A stretch of 64,000 nucleotides of DNA from Raillietiella orientalis (taxonomy: Eukaryota): positions 62,001 to 126,000 of the forward strand of contig JAYWIR010000068.1 of the NCBI GenBank assembly GCA_036172245.1. The letters are read 5' to 3'. Within the stretch, counting starts at the first letter, position 1. The number at the start of each line of letters is the position of its first letter. The notes beneath the pieces were generated by a model that was not told the DNA's origin, made no database searches, and saw nothing but the letters and a program-made list of their open reading frames with translations. Shown here one piece after another: positions 10,787-23,488 of the stretch. The position numbers were made by a program, and so were the translations under genes.

Positions 10787-13234
10787 TGTGGCGGAAGTAG
10801 TGGAGGAACTCCCAGAGTTGCCTCGGAGACACGGCGGCTTCTTCCCCCACGTGAGGGAGGGCGGCAGCGCCTCGACGGACGCGGGAGACTGCGCGCGCGA
10901 ACGCGAGCGCGCCGCCTCGAGGGCCGCGCTCTACCGTCCCCCGCGGTCGCGCACCGCCCGCCGGACAGCGGGTCAGCGGCTTCGCTTCTCCCAGAGGCCC
11001 CCTCCCTCCCCACTCGGCCCGCCGAAACGCGGTGAAGGCATCCTCCGGACGGGAGCATCCGCTTGGCACCGGCAGCGCGACCGGAAACGGCGGGCGCGAG
11101 CAAACGTCTCCAACGAAACTGCTGCGGACGCGTGGAGACGCACGCAAGCGGCACCTCTTCCCCGAGGTGCTTCCCCACCGTCCCGAAGCAACACCCAGGC
11201 GCCAGGGGCAGCGCACCTCACAAGGACCGCTCCCTCGCCCTCGCTGCCTGCGAGCATCCCGCAAGCTTCCCCCCTCCAGCCAAGTGCTGCCGGACGGTCG
11301 AGCGCCAACAAGGCGGCTTGGAAGAGGCGACGGCGAAGACGACGCGAATACCGCCTGCGCCGTCCGTCGCCGGCATCGGACAATGGACGGGAAACCTTCG
11401 TTCCTTCCTATCGGAGAAAAGACGGCAGCCACTGGGCAAGAGAGCGCCCGCAGAAAGAGCCACGCTGCAAGGGCGAACACCTTGCGACCAGAAAGACCAT
11501 GCTGACGCGCACACCGACGACTCCGCGAACTGCAGCGCCAGCAAGCGGTCGCGCTCAAAGGCGTGCCGACAGCACGCAGGGACCGTTCAGCTGTGGACAT
11601 TTTCCCCCTTTCACGCGAAAGAACGCACTCTGCAACGCAGCCTCGCTTGCATGCATGCAGCCCGGCCCCACACACGTCACACCGCGCATGGCCACCACCT
11701 TCACAAGGAACACCCCTGACATCCCTTACTAATCGCAAGCACCCAGTTTCGCCACAGCTTTCCACCTTGCTCGGTGCGATCTCGTCCACGGCCATTCAGC
11801 GGACGAAGAACGAAAGCCGGATCCCCGACAATCCGGAAGCAACCATTGGACAACGCATCCCAATGGGTGCACAGTCCTGAACACCTTTTATTCAAGGCAA
11901 CTGCTCCACCGAGCAAACCGAGCGTTCAACACTCGATGCTTCTTGTTGGTCTTGCGGACTCCCAAACCATTCGTCGCATCTCCGAAGTGGGTGGCATCTT
12001 CCGAAATGGCAACTTATCCATCCATAATTTGATCTCAAACGGACTGCCTGGGATAGGCAACCAGCCAAAATCACGCTTCGGCCAAGCAGGCACTCCCCTT
12101 CTTTCCTTCCAACCTGCTTCCCATTTGGTAGCATGAGCTAGAACAAACACCCTTCCTCCTCATTAGGCCACCACACTAGAAATCCGCCAGCAAGTGAGCA
12201 ACAAGTAGGTGCCAGCAGCAGCAGTGGTGACTTGGTGCAGCACTGCTGAACAAGTGGAAAAAGATGTGCACAGCAGTTCTCACACCACACTGGCAAGCAG
12301 CTTGTGTTTGTACAAAACAAAGTCACAGTTCAAATTCCTGCTTTTGTCAGAACTTTGGAAGGGAAGCTTTCTGGGAGCAACCTCAAAATCACTGCACAAG
12401 CATCAAACTTCCTGGACAGCCTGGAGTTTCGCACCACACAGGGGAGAGGTAATCCAAAAAAGCAAAACTGGGGCCGCAGAAGATCCAAATGGCAGGCCTG
12501 CTGGCTTCACCTACGCCGCCGTCTGTGAGTGTGTTTCGGGGCTTTCACAAATGCCCAGTCCACACTGATGGGTTGCCCCAGAACCTCAGCTCCTGCTGAT
12601 CCCAACAGGGCATTCGAGGCTTCTTTGTATGTCTCAAATTCGACAAGGGCGTAACCCTTGAGGAATCCAGTGCGACGGTCCATATTCAGATGCAAATTCT
12701 TGATCTCCCCGTATTCAGAAAATTTCTCCTGGATATCATCCTCCTGTGCCTCTTCATGGACTCCAGTCACAAACAGGATCCACCCTTCCACAGCTGCAAA
12801 GAAGACCACTGCAATCTTTGATCCTAAACACCTTTTCCTTACAGCGTTGTGGGCCAGGCAGGTCATCACCATCCACATCCACCGACTCGTAGAGATTCAC
12901 ATCCGTTTTTGTGGAGCTGTCCAATCCAAATCCTCGACCCTTTCGGTGCTTCACTTTCTCCTTCAGTTTTTGAACCCCTTCTGCAAACTGCAGTAATGTA
13001 CGGGAAACCTTCACAAAAACGGCAAACTCACGGTCTCCTTCCTCCTCCACTTCAAACTCTTCTGCATGGATGTCCAACACATCTGCCATTTCAACAGGAA
13101 ACAGGAATCAACGAGATGGACTCGAACACGCGCAGGCGCGATGCCAACTGAAATAGTACACTGCAAGTGAAGCCCATTCTTGCCTACTGGGAAATACTCC
13201 TCTCCCCTCACAACACCCCAAGCATGATTTCCCC
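10787..13234. repeat. Left arm of 2,448-bp inverted duplication
   Basis: Reverse complement of 14876-17323; mirrored ORF pairs have coordinates summing to 28110 (e.g. 12507+15603, 10973+17137, 12754+15356), so no indels. Confidence 0.97.
12507..13089 (-). CDS. RBM8A: RNA-binding protein 8A / Y14 (exon junction complex core), left copy, 160 aa
   Basis: Exons 13089-13032, 12980-12843, 12793-12507 with GT-AG introns; protein MADVLDI...[13 protein letters not shown]...[23 protein letters not shown]...[21 protein letters not shown]...VDWAFVK is the Y14 RRM signature. AATAAA on minus strand at 11887-11892. Confidence 0.96.
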
Positions 13235-14970
13235 TATGATCCCCTATGTACATCATACAGTCTCATGACGCTGGAAAGTCTGAGTATGTTCTTATTAGTA
13301 GTTTTAGGCTAAAACAAATGTTACAACAGGCTTTCCACAGTTCGTATTGGCACTACCCATACACTTTCATTATGTTTGGCAAGCACAACTGCCTCTTCCT
13401 ACATGAAACGAGGGAAATACGACATGGTGCCTTAGCGACCCCACTGCTCGTCCAAAAGAGCTTTTCACAAGGAATACGAAAATGCATGCCTTCTAAAGAA
13501 TTCGGAATATTGTGGGAATCATGGATTCCGCCAGCCTCTTACAGGGATTTAGAAAGCTGATGGCGACTTCGCAGTGGATGAGCGGACAGCATTGTAAACT
13601 ACGCCGCAGTAGCCCATTCAGCAAAGTACATTAAAAACGACACACATGGGAGAACCCAACACACGCATTCACCGTTTCCAATTCCACACCCACAGTTCGG
13701 AATTGGGCTCCTCAAGAAATGCTCATACGACCTTTCACGGAAGTACCACCTCCTTTCGTGGTTTACTCGCGCGGAATGAATTCGCGCATTACTAATCCGA
13801 ATTATTGAAGATGCAGTGCATGGTTTTGTAATGAACTTTTCGTAGGTGGCAGTGGTCACTTTGGAATGATCAGTTTAATTTTTTTAACACACAGATTGGT
13901 TGGGTTCATAGTTGACTAAGTTTATGATTCCAGAGCCCAAAACTTGGAATTCTTGGATAAGATTAAGAATATTCTACAAGAGACAAAAAAAATGGCTCTA
14001 CTTTCTCTGTTGTACATAAATTATCAGAAGAACAATTATTCAGCTGAAGATAAAACCAAATTGTATCCTTAGAAGATATTTTTAATTGCATGTATGATGG
14101 AAGGGAAAATACTTTAAGAAGATTCTTTTGTTATGTGGCATGTGTCCTGATACTAAAAATTTCCAGAAACACAATTTCTCCGAGTGCAAATACTAAAAGC
14201 TTCTGAACTGTGAAAAGATCGTGTCGTGTCATGTTTCCTTTTCATTGAGGAGGAACAACTGGAACGTTTCGAATCTTGATCTTTTACGTAAGAAAGGATA
14301 GCTTGGCATCTCTGCTTCCTCACGCTACTGTTATTTTGCAAATATCCTGCCCAGAATTGCTTGAAAAAAGCTGCAGCAAGTCTTCACGACACCGTCGGCT
14401 ACATATCGTTACAGATTCACGTTCTATAGCCAAGTCTCGCATACCGAGAACATTTTGAAGGTGAGTTACTTAAGTTTTCTTAAGTAATCGTATCGTGCCT
14501 GCCTTCCATTTTGAGAAGAATTGCCTAAATATCCTATGATGTCTGGTAAAAATAGATGTTTGTCTTTGTTTTGGGAGTTGCTAAAAGTTTTCACACTGAG
14601 TCCCTGATAAGCGAAAACAAAAATAAATATTCAAGAGAAGTGAGCGAAACTTTCGAGAGCAGTCCAATAAAACAGATTGCAGGAAAACATTCCCGGTTAG
14701 CGTACAGAACGAAAGGCAGGGGAAAGACCCAATGCTCTTTATGCTGGCTCACGCCCGTGTTCATCCAACCAGAGCATAAGAAGCGACACTGTTTTGTAAA
14801 TAGCCACCACCTATTTAGATACGATACGGAATTAAAGAATCCCACAATAATGAGAAACGTCATGGATCATGTTTTGGGAAAATCATGCTTGGGGCGTTGG
14901 GAGGGGAGAGGAGTATTTCCCAGTAGGCAAGAATGGGCTTCACTTGCAGTGTACTATTTCAGTTGGCATC

Positions 14971-14980
14971 GCGCCTGCGC
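14971..14980 (+). promoter_or_regulatory. NRF1/Erect-wing-like motif upstream of RBM8A (mirrored at 13130-13139)
   Basis: GCGCCTGCGC matches GCGCNTGCGC, 41-50 nt before the ATG. Motif match only. Confidence 0.35.
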
Positions 14981-15020
14981 GTGTTCGAGTCCATCTCGTT
15001 GATTCCTGTTTCCTGTTGAA

Positions 15021-15603
15021 ATGGCAGATGTGTTGGACATTCATGCAGAAGAGTTTGAAGTGGAGGAGGAAGGAGACCGTGAGTTTGCCGTTTTTGTGAA
15101 GGTTTCCCGTACATTACTGCAGTTTGCAGAAGGGGTTCAAAAACTGAAGGAGAAAGTGAAGCACCGAAAGGGTCGAGGATTTGGATTGGACAGCTCCACA
15201 AAAACGGATGTGAATCTCTACGAGTCGGTGGATGTGGATGGTGATGACCTGCCTGGCCCACAACGCTGTAAGGAAAAGGTGTTTAGGATCAAAGATTGCA
15301 GTGGTCTTCTTTGCAGCTGTGGAAGGGTGGATCCTGTTTGTGACTGGAGTCCATGAAGAGGCACAGGAGGATGATATCCAGGAGAAATTTTCTGAATACG
15401 GGGAGATCAAGAATTTGCATCTGAATATGGACCGTCGCACTGGATTCCTCAAGGGTTACGCCCTTGTCGAATTTGAGACATACAAAGAAGCCTCGAATGC
15501 CCTGTTGGGATCAGCAGGAGCTGAGGTTCTGGGGCAACCCATCAGTGTGGACTGGGCATTTGTGAAAGCCCCGAAACACACTCACAGACGGCGGCGTAGG
15601 TGA
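15021..15603 (+). CDS. RBM8A: RNA-binding protein 8A / Y14, right copy, 160 aa
   Basis: Exons 15021-15078, 15130-15267, 15317-15603 (483 nt); introns of 51 nt (GTGAGT..TTGCAG) and 49 nt (GTAAGG..TTGCAG). Same protein as the left copy. AATAAA at 16218-16223. Confidence 0.96.
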
Positions 15604-18600
15604 AGCCAGCAGGCCTGCCATTTGGATCTTCTGCGGCCCCAGTTTTGCTTTTTTGGATTACCTCTCCCCTGTGTGGTGCGAAACTCCAGGCTGTCCAGGA
15701 AGTTTGATGCTTGTGCAGTGATTTTGAGGTTGCTCCCAGAAAGCTTCCCTTCCAAAGTTCTGACAAAAGCAGGAATTTGAACTGTGACTTTGTTTTGTAC
15801 AAACACAAGCTGCTTGCCAGTGTGGTGTGAGAACTGCTGTGCACATCTTTTTCCACTTGTTCAGCAGTGCTGCACCAAGTCACCACTGCTGCTGCTGGCA
15901 CCTACTTGTTGCTCACTTGCTGGCGGATTTCTAGTGTGGTGGCCTAATGAGGAGGAAGGGTGTTTGTTCTAGCTCATGCTACCAAATGGGAAGCAGGTTG
16001 GAAGGAAAGAAGGGGAGTGCCTGCTTGGCCGAAGCGTGATTTTGGCTGGTTGCCTATCCCAGGCAGTCCGTTTGAGATCAAATTATGGATGGATAAGTTG
16101 CCATTTCGGAAGATGCCACCCACTTCGGAGATGCGACGAATGGTTTGGGAGTCCGCAAGACCAACAAGAAGCATCGAGTGTTGAACGCTCGGTTTGCTCG
16201 GTGGAGCAGTTGCCTTGAATAAAAGGTGTTCAGGACTGTGCACCCATTGGGATGCGTTGTCCAATGGTTGCTTCCGGATTGTCGGGGATCCGGCTTTCGT
16301 TCTTCGTCCGCTGAATGGCCGTGGACGAGATCGCACCGAGCAAGGTGGAAAGCTGTGGCGAAACTGGGTGCTTGCGATTAGTAAGGGATGTCAGGGGTGT
16401 TCCTTGTGAAGGTGGTGGCCATGCGCGGTGTGACGTGTGTGGGGCCGGGCTGCATGCATGCAAGCGAGGCTGCGTTGCAGAGTGCGTTCTTTCGCGTGAA
16501 AGGGGGAAAATGTCCACAGCTGAACGGTCCCTGCGTGCTGTCGGCACGCCTTTGAGCGCGACCGCTTGCTGGCGCTGCAGTTCGCGGAGTCGTCGGTGTG
16601 CGCGTCAGCATGGTCTTTCTGGTCGCAAGGTGTTCGCCCTTGCAGCGTGGCTCTTTCTGCGGGCGCTCTCTTGCCCAGTGGCTGCCGTCTTTTCTCCGAT
16701 AGGAAGGAACGAAGGTTTCCCGTCCATTGTCCGATGCCGGCGACGGACGGCGCAGGCGGTATTCGCGTCGTCTTCGCCGTCGCCTCTTCCAAGCCGCCTT
16801 GTTGGCGCTCGACCGTCCGGCAGCACTTGGCTGGAGGGGGGAAGCTTGCGGGATGCTCGCAGGCAGCGAGGGCGAGGGAGCGGTCCTTGTGAGGTGCGCT
16901 GCCCCTGGCGCCTGGGTGTTGCTTCGGGACGGTGGGGAAGCACCTCGGGGAAGAGGTGCCGCTTGCGTGCGTCTCCACGCGTCCGCAGCAGTTTCGTTGG
17001 AGACGTTTGCTCGCGCCCGCCGTTTCCGGTCGCGCTGCCGGTGCCAAGCGGATGCTCCCGTCCGGAGGATGCCTTCACCGCGTTTCGGCGGGCCGAGTGG
17101 GGAGGGAGGGGGCCTCTGGGAGAAGCGAAGCCGCTGACCCGCTGTCCGGCGGGCGGTGCGCGACCGCGGGGGACGGTAGAGCGCGGCCCTCGAGGCGGCG
17201 CGCTCGCGTTCGCGCGCGCAGTCTCCCGCGTCCGTCGAGGCGCTGCCGCCCTCCCTCACGTGGGGGAAGAAGCCGCCGTGTCTCCGAGGCAACTCTGGGA
17301 GTTCCTCCACTACTTCCGCCACATACCGCCGGGTCAAGTGGTCGGTGGCTCGTACATCTGATTCGCTCTGTGCTTCGCCTGCTGGGATTGCCGGAAGTGT
17401 CGCGCGAGGGGAGAGCACCTTGCTGCTTGGTAGGCGTTCTGCCGACGGCTCGCGGACGGCAGGATGGCGCTTCCGCGCCCGCCGTTGGATCGGCTGCGGA
17501 AAGCTGTCGGCAACGACCGGAGGTGGCAGGCGTAGCGCATCCAGAGGCCGAGTCTGGCCCCTCGTCCACGCGAGCTGTGGTGGCCACACCTTGCCGACTT
17601 CCGTTCTTCCGCGGTCTTCTGTTCGCCACTACACGGAGTGGAGCTGCCTACCTGCCTTGCAAAGCGACGAGTGTTGCGCTGCAGTAACAGAGACCGGGTT
17701 GCGCCTGCGCGGAAGACAGGCGACGCCGATTGTGCGTCAGGCGGCAGCGCCAGCTGGCAACGGCCTGGGGTGGTGTCGCCAAGTGACGGCGGGTGCTTCC
17801 CGTCCGCGTTCTTCCCTTTTCTTCGCGTCCCCACCTCCGCGTGCCTAGGGACGCCCCCGCCCTCCCGACCTGCTTTTCCATGCGACCATCATCTCTGGCG
17901 AATGGATCGCGGCGGGAGCTTCGGGAATGCGTGGAAGGCGGTAGGGAGGCCCCTCTTGGAGACTCCGTTCGCCCATGTCATCTGCCCCCAGGCTGAGGTG
18001 ACCGCGTAGGCATCTTCATGCGGGAGGCGACGCGCACGCCAAAGAGTCGCCTCGGACGCTCGGCTGGGTGACCCCCGTCCGCCTCTCCTAGCCGGACGTC
18101 CCCTTCCCGGGAAGCTGTCCAGCGAGGATGGAGGGCGCCGCCTGGCCCGGCGATACTCTCCTTTACGGATACCGGAGCTTTCGATGGCTGCCTTTTGCCA
18201 TGAGATGATGACGGAGACGGGGCCTCGCCCTCCCGGCCCGGTGGCAGCGTTTCCGGGATCTTAGCGACGGGACGCACGTCGCCCGCAGTCGCATCCCAAC
18301 GCTTTCCTCGCAGCAGGGGGTAGCGGTCGCAGACCAATGACCTGCATGCTCGAGAGATTCCGCGTGTAGCGCGCTGCCGTTTCGGGGCTAAGGGTTTTGG
18401 GCCGGCTGCCCTCCTCGCGCCCGGCGTGCAGCCCCCCCCCCCCCCCCCCGCGACAAGCGAATTCGTGCGCTGCCTCCGGGTGGCGACTCTTCCCCGGTCT
18501 CGGCACTTTTCCCAAGGGTCACCCTTGTGACGGGCGCCATCTTACCGCTCCCGACTCTGTCGATGGGAGGGGCAACCCGAAGCAGCATGCCCCAGGGTTG

Positions 18601-21600
18601 TGCGCCGGCGAAGAAGCAGCGGTCGGCTAGTCCCCGTAGCCCGGATGCGCCCCCGGGATGTTCCTTGATGGAAAGTGAGGAGCCAGTAGCGGATGGTGTG
18701 ACGTCATCCTCCGCCGAGTGCGGCGCCAACGAGGTCCACACCGAGGGGGACGGGGTGGGCCACGGTCAGAAACGTCTTGTCCTTTCCAGGACCTCGCCTT
18801 GATGGCGACGTCCCGGGTGGGACCACCCCCGCAGGCACCGGGCGGTGAGGAGAGCGGCCACCCCGTCGTTTCGAGGTGGCGCCTCTGGGGTTGTCCACGA
18901 GGACGGGTAGAGACGCGGACACACGACCCACGACTCCCAAGCGTACTGGCACGCGGGGGTCTCCCTTTGCCCACTCCTGGGGCAGTAGGCCCGGCACCCC
19001 TTGGGGTTCCCGGTGCGACGCCGGCTTTCATGACCCCCTCTGCTTTCACCTGACGGGGAGGGACGAGTAGCGCCCGACCACTGGGGGGTGCTTGCAGCTC
19101 CCCCGGTGGCGCCAAAGAAGCTCAGTCCAGAGAAGACATCCTCTTGGGGGAGGGAGGGAGGGGGTCAGTCGCTGCACCTCTAGCGAGCGGTCTGCCCATG
19201 GAAGGGGGGTGCCAGGTACCCGAGGTCCCTCAGGGAACCTCCCGCTTCACGGGAAGGCAGGCGCCGGGGGGCCTCGTGGACGATGGACTTTGTTGCGGAG
19301 AAAGGGTAGATTGCTCCACTCCTGGCACCGCTGGATGTCGGCGCCAGAGGTCGGCGCGTCCTCGCAGAAATGCAGCCTGCGGCGTCCCGGTCGCCGGGTG
19401 TCGCCTCCGTCTCGGGCGACGCTCGGACAAGCCGGAAGACGCGCACCTTACGCGGACGCACGGTCCTCTGGGAGACGGACGCAGAGCCACTGGAGATGAA
19501 CGTCTCCTGGATGCTGGGGTTCTGCTCCCACCAGACATCGCCGGTGACCGCGGGGGGTCGTGTTCCGGGAACACGCAGACGGCAGTCTTCCCAGGGCACG
19601 CAGCAGCACGTAGTTCCAGTAGGCGAGCGAAGATGGCGCTCTCCTTGCGGGTCAGCGGAGAGCTCCCGCCAGAGGGTGAGCGAGGTGGAGGAGGAGGAAG
19701 GGAGGGAGGAGAAGCCGTGGCAGGAGTCGAGGAGACGGGGGCGCGCCTCTTCCCATTGTCCTCCCTTCCTCCCTACCCGCATAGCGAAACGCGACCTCGC
19801 TCGCCCCAGGGGCGCTTGCGCGGATGCCCTCACCCTCCTTTCCGACCGGAGGTTGGCTCGGCAACTCCGGATCGTCGTCAGCGTGGCCTCCTGTGCGAAC
19901 CCCTCCTTGCGCTTCGGGGTAGGTCGATCCCCGCCGCCTCCTCCTCGGCCGAGAGCGGAGGAAGGGAGCACCACTAAGGCGCCATTCGCCTGGCGCGATC
20001 CACTTCCGCGCCGCTTGCCGCGGAGAACGCGCAATTCTGCGATCCCCGACCCCCCGCTTCGTCGACTCCTTTCGGCGATCCTCAGTGGGAAGAGATGCGC
20101 AGGGATGCGTGAGACACCGCAAATCCACTTCCATCGGTGGTAGCGAAGGAAAGTGGCGTGTCGAGAGCTTCCGATCGATAAAGCGGTCCATCTCCACTCA
20201 ACGAAAACAAAATGTAGTCGGGAAGAACGGGAATTCGCGGCTCCAGCCGCTGCCCAAACAACCGCGCGCACAAACGCACGCGCCGGAAAAGGGAAAGGGG
20301 GGGTACGGAAGGAGGGAGGGGGGGGAGGACGAAAGAGAAAAGAAATCCTCTCGCAGACAGGATATCCGCCCGTGGCATCTATCGGGGTTACCGAGAACTA
20401 AGTTAAGTTTGCGCCCGCAACCCGAGTGCGCTCCGTGATTCGTACGTTTACAACCGTGTGGCTGCGAGGAATGTCCGCTTGACAGGGGTCAAAAGGAACT
20501 GAAATTGAACGATGGGATACAGTGCGACCCTCGAAAGCAACTGTTGTGCCCGTTGTTGTCGTGGACTGCGGCCCTCGCTTCCCGCGGTCTCCGGCACCTG
20601 AATCCGAGTTCCATGCTTTCCCTGGACATGCGGACGTTGATGATTGAAGCCTAATGGTATTGTCATCAGATTTGTTTACTGTTGCTTTTAATCCTGCGGT
20701 GGCGTGTTGAGGTCATTCTTTTCTTTTTTTATTTTTTTTTTTTATTCTTATGTTTTTCCACTCGCTGCTCCGACCGGATGGAGTTGCTCGGCGTTTGGTT
20801 TCCTCAAATGTTTGTGTCCGCGGCTCCTTTGATCGTCTTTGCAAGTGTTTGCGGGATTCGAAGGAAACGCGACGCCCGTTCTCCGCGCCGTTCGGTTGTT
20901 TTTGCTAAATCGGGGGTGCCACCACGTCGCGCTCGGTGTCGCCTTGTGCGACGCCTCCGCGTTCGGTGTCTGTCGCAATGCCAACGGCTCCCCCGTTGCG
21001 TACGACGAAGGGATACCTAGAGTGTAGCGCGTGCACCTCACGTGTTCCCTGTCCGTGGAGGAGGGGGAGGGATGGCGCAACCATCGCCACCGCCGCGATA
21101 AGAGAGGACTCCGCAACAATGGAACACGGGCGGAACGCCGCAGTTTCCGGTCTTCCATTGTTGCGGAGTGCACGGGGAACACGTGCGATGCACGCGCCGG
21201 TGTTCCATTGTTGTTCGACGGAGGGGTACCCGTCGTCGGCTGTTGGGTCAAGAATACGCTTGGTCTCCATGGTTTCGTCTCCAGCGTTCTCGAGGAACGC
21301 TCGCTACCGTGTCGCGCGCGAACGTCGCGCATTCCGTGGGTCCGTGTGCTGGCCGTAAGCTGTGCCCGGCACTTGCGTGTTTTTTTTTTTTTTTTTCGTG
21401 CATCCAGTGGGCCAGCACGTAGGGATGCTGGCTGGAAAGTAATGAAAAAACAATAAATAGTAAACAAAGTGCTCGTGAAATGTTGTGCCGATCAGCGGTC
21501 CCGAGTTTCCCAAGCGGTCGTTAATCTCGGGGAGCTGGAAGAGCAATAACTCCGGACACGTCGGTCCGTGAAATTGAAGGCAGAGATCGCGACCGCTTGC

Positions 21601-23488
21601 TTCTTCCAAGACGCCAACTGCAAGGGGATTAAAGGGGAAGCAAGGCATAACATAACAGGGGGGTAGTGTTCGTGACCCTAGGAAGTATTGATCGGAAGCC
21701 CCAGTCCATCTGAAAAGCCACACGGAAATAATGGGCTGGCATGCTCCAGATGTCCTTGAACCACTGAAATCGTAAATCGCAGATGTCGTTTGAGCAAGTA
21801 TTATTAAAGTAGCTGCATGCGGTGTTCTGCAGGGTACGAGGAGCGGGGAGGCAGTGAAACATGGAAGGAAGAAAGAAAGGGAAAATTAAAAAAACTGTAC
21901 CGTGGCCGCGCGTTTCTTTTTTTTTTTTTTTGTCCTTTTTTTTCTTTTTTTAATTTGCTACTTGATTTACAAATGCGTTGGCGTTTCCTTTTTTTTCTTT
22001 TTCTGTTTTATTGTTTTCCTTTTGTTTCTTGCGCGCGTCTGCGTGCGTGCTTCCTCTTATCTTTCCGGAATGGCATTTCCCTGCACTCGCGCTGTCCAAA
22101 AGGGGGAAAAAAACACCAAGGCTGGCGTCAGATTTCAGGCGACGTTCCCGAGACGGGAGGAGGCAACGGAGCAGAAGCTGGTTGAGTCCTCCTGGCCCCC
22201 GGTTGACTCCCCCTCGCGCGATCGGATGCTTCGAAAAGAAAAGAAAAAAAACACGTCGTGGGACGTGCTCCAGAGTATTCCGCCGAAACTGGCACGATGC
22301 AGATAAGATGAGCATGGTACGGAGAGTCGTAAGGGGCTTTTTTTGTGTGTGTGTTTCGTGGTCCCAAGCGCCTCTGGGCTTCGTGTGATAAAGTGAACAC
22401 TTCCGGTTCGTGTGCCCATCGCAAGCGCCGCCGGCGAGCTCGCACGCCGGAGGGCATCGGAGACGAGGATGAGACGCCCGTTTCGGATGGGGGATGACCG
22501 CAGGGTCGTGTCCTGGGAAAGAAACGGCGAAGCGCCCCTGTTGCCATCGTTCTGCCTGCGAGGAAGCCGTTCGGACGTCCGTTTGGCCGGTGTCGGGCAG
22601 GAGGCGTCGGCGCCACCACCGGGACACCCCCCTCCGTCGGCCGCAGCCCGCAATGGAGGAAACGGGAGCAGGGGCGGACGGGAAGAGATGCGGGGCGAAG
22701 TTGGCGCGCGCGCGGCGTCCTTTGAGCGGTCTTGGACCTCAGCAGCTGTTTGGCCCGGCTTCACTTCCTTTCTCTGAGCTCCCGAGGATGCGGTGCCGAT
22801 TCTTCGTTAAGAGCGGAGCGCTCCCGTAGAAAAACCTTTCAGCGGCTCGCCCGTCTCCTTCCTTCCCACCGCCACTGCCAGGAACCTATTCGCGCCGTCG
22901 GGGAACCCATGCGGTCGTCCCCGTCGCTCCTCCGTCGTCGGCCAGTGGCTTCCCTTCCTCCTCCACCTCCTTTTCTTCGCTTCTTCCTCCTCCTTCCCTG
23001 GCGACCTTTCTTATATCAGAGGGTACTGCGCGTTTCCTAGCAACCTTGACACGTTAGGCATTCGGAGGTAAAAGCGTCAGGACCATCATAAATGCCACTC
23101 GTAATTTTTAATTGAACCACCATCAGCTCCGCGACGCTGCATCCGTGTCGCACGACACTTCGGCGTCCCTCTCCAATCGAGTACAATTCCTGCATGATTT
23201 TGTACACGCCGTACGCACTGTGCGATGGGGAAATGAGGCTCTTTGGTGCACCTTCTGCTCAGCTCGGCAGCGGAAATCGAGTCGGTGGATCGGGGAGGAG
23301 GGGGGAGCGGTCTCGCGCTCGCTAGAAGCGGACAGGTCGCACCACCTGGGGGCAGGGTCACCCGTTCCGGAGAAAGTCGGAGTGGGGACGAAGCCTGCGG
23401 CGAGGGGCAGACGGTTGGCAGGTTCCGTCCGGTAGGACGCCAAGTTTATTGCGGTCCGTTGCAGCTGGAAAGCAGCGCGCGCGCGCCG

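Larger units (their letters stand above)
14876..17323. repeat. Right arm of 2,448-bp inverted duplication
   Basis: Reverse complement of 10787-13234; match ends after CCGCCACA at 17323. Confidence 0.97.

Noticed and set aside
10602..11795. 397-aa ORF and its mirrors (16315..17361, 16378..17589)
   Set aside because: GC-rich DNA open in several overlapping frames, no recognisable domain, downstream of the RBM8A poly(A) signal and running across the duplication breakpoint.
12507..15603. RBM8A copy as a processed retrogene made by the nearby LINE
   Set aside because: Both copies keep their introns and flanking DNA, with no poly(A) tail or TSD.
17978..18997. Gypsy protease/RT remnant on minus strand (VLVDNPRG, PLGVDL, CDRYPLLR)
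   Set aside because: Motifs are in the expected order but too degenerate to separate from chance in GC-rich DNA; needs a translated profile search.
23243..23488. N-terminal extension of the Gas1 ORF
   Set aside because: Non-ATG start; the ATG at 23489 directly precedes the signal peptide.
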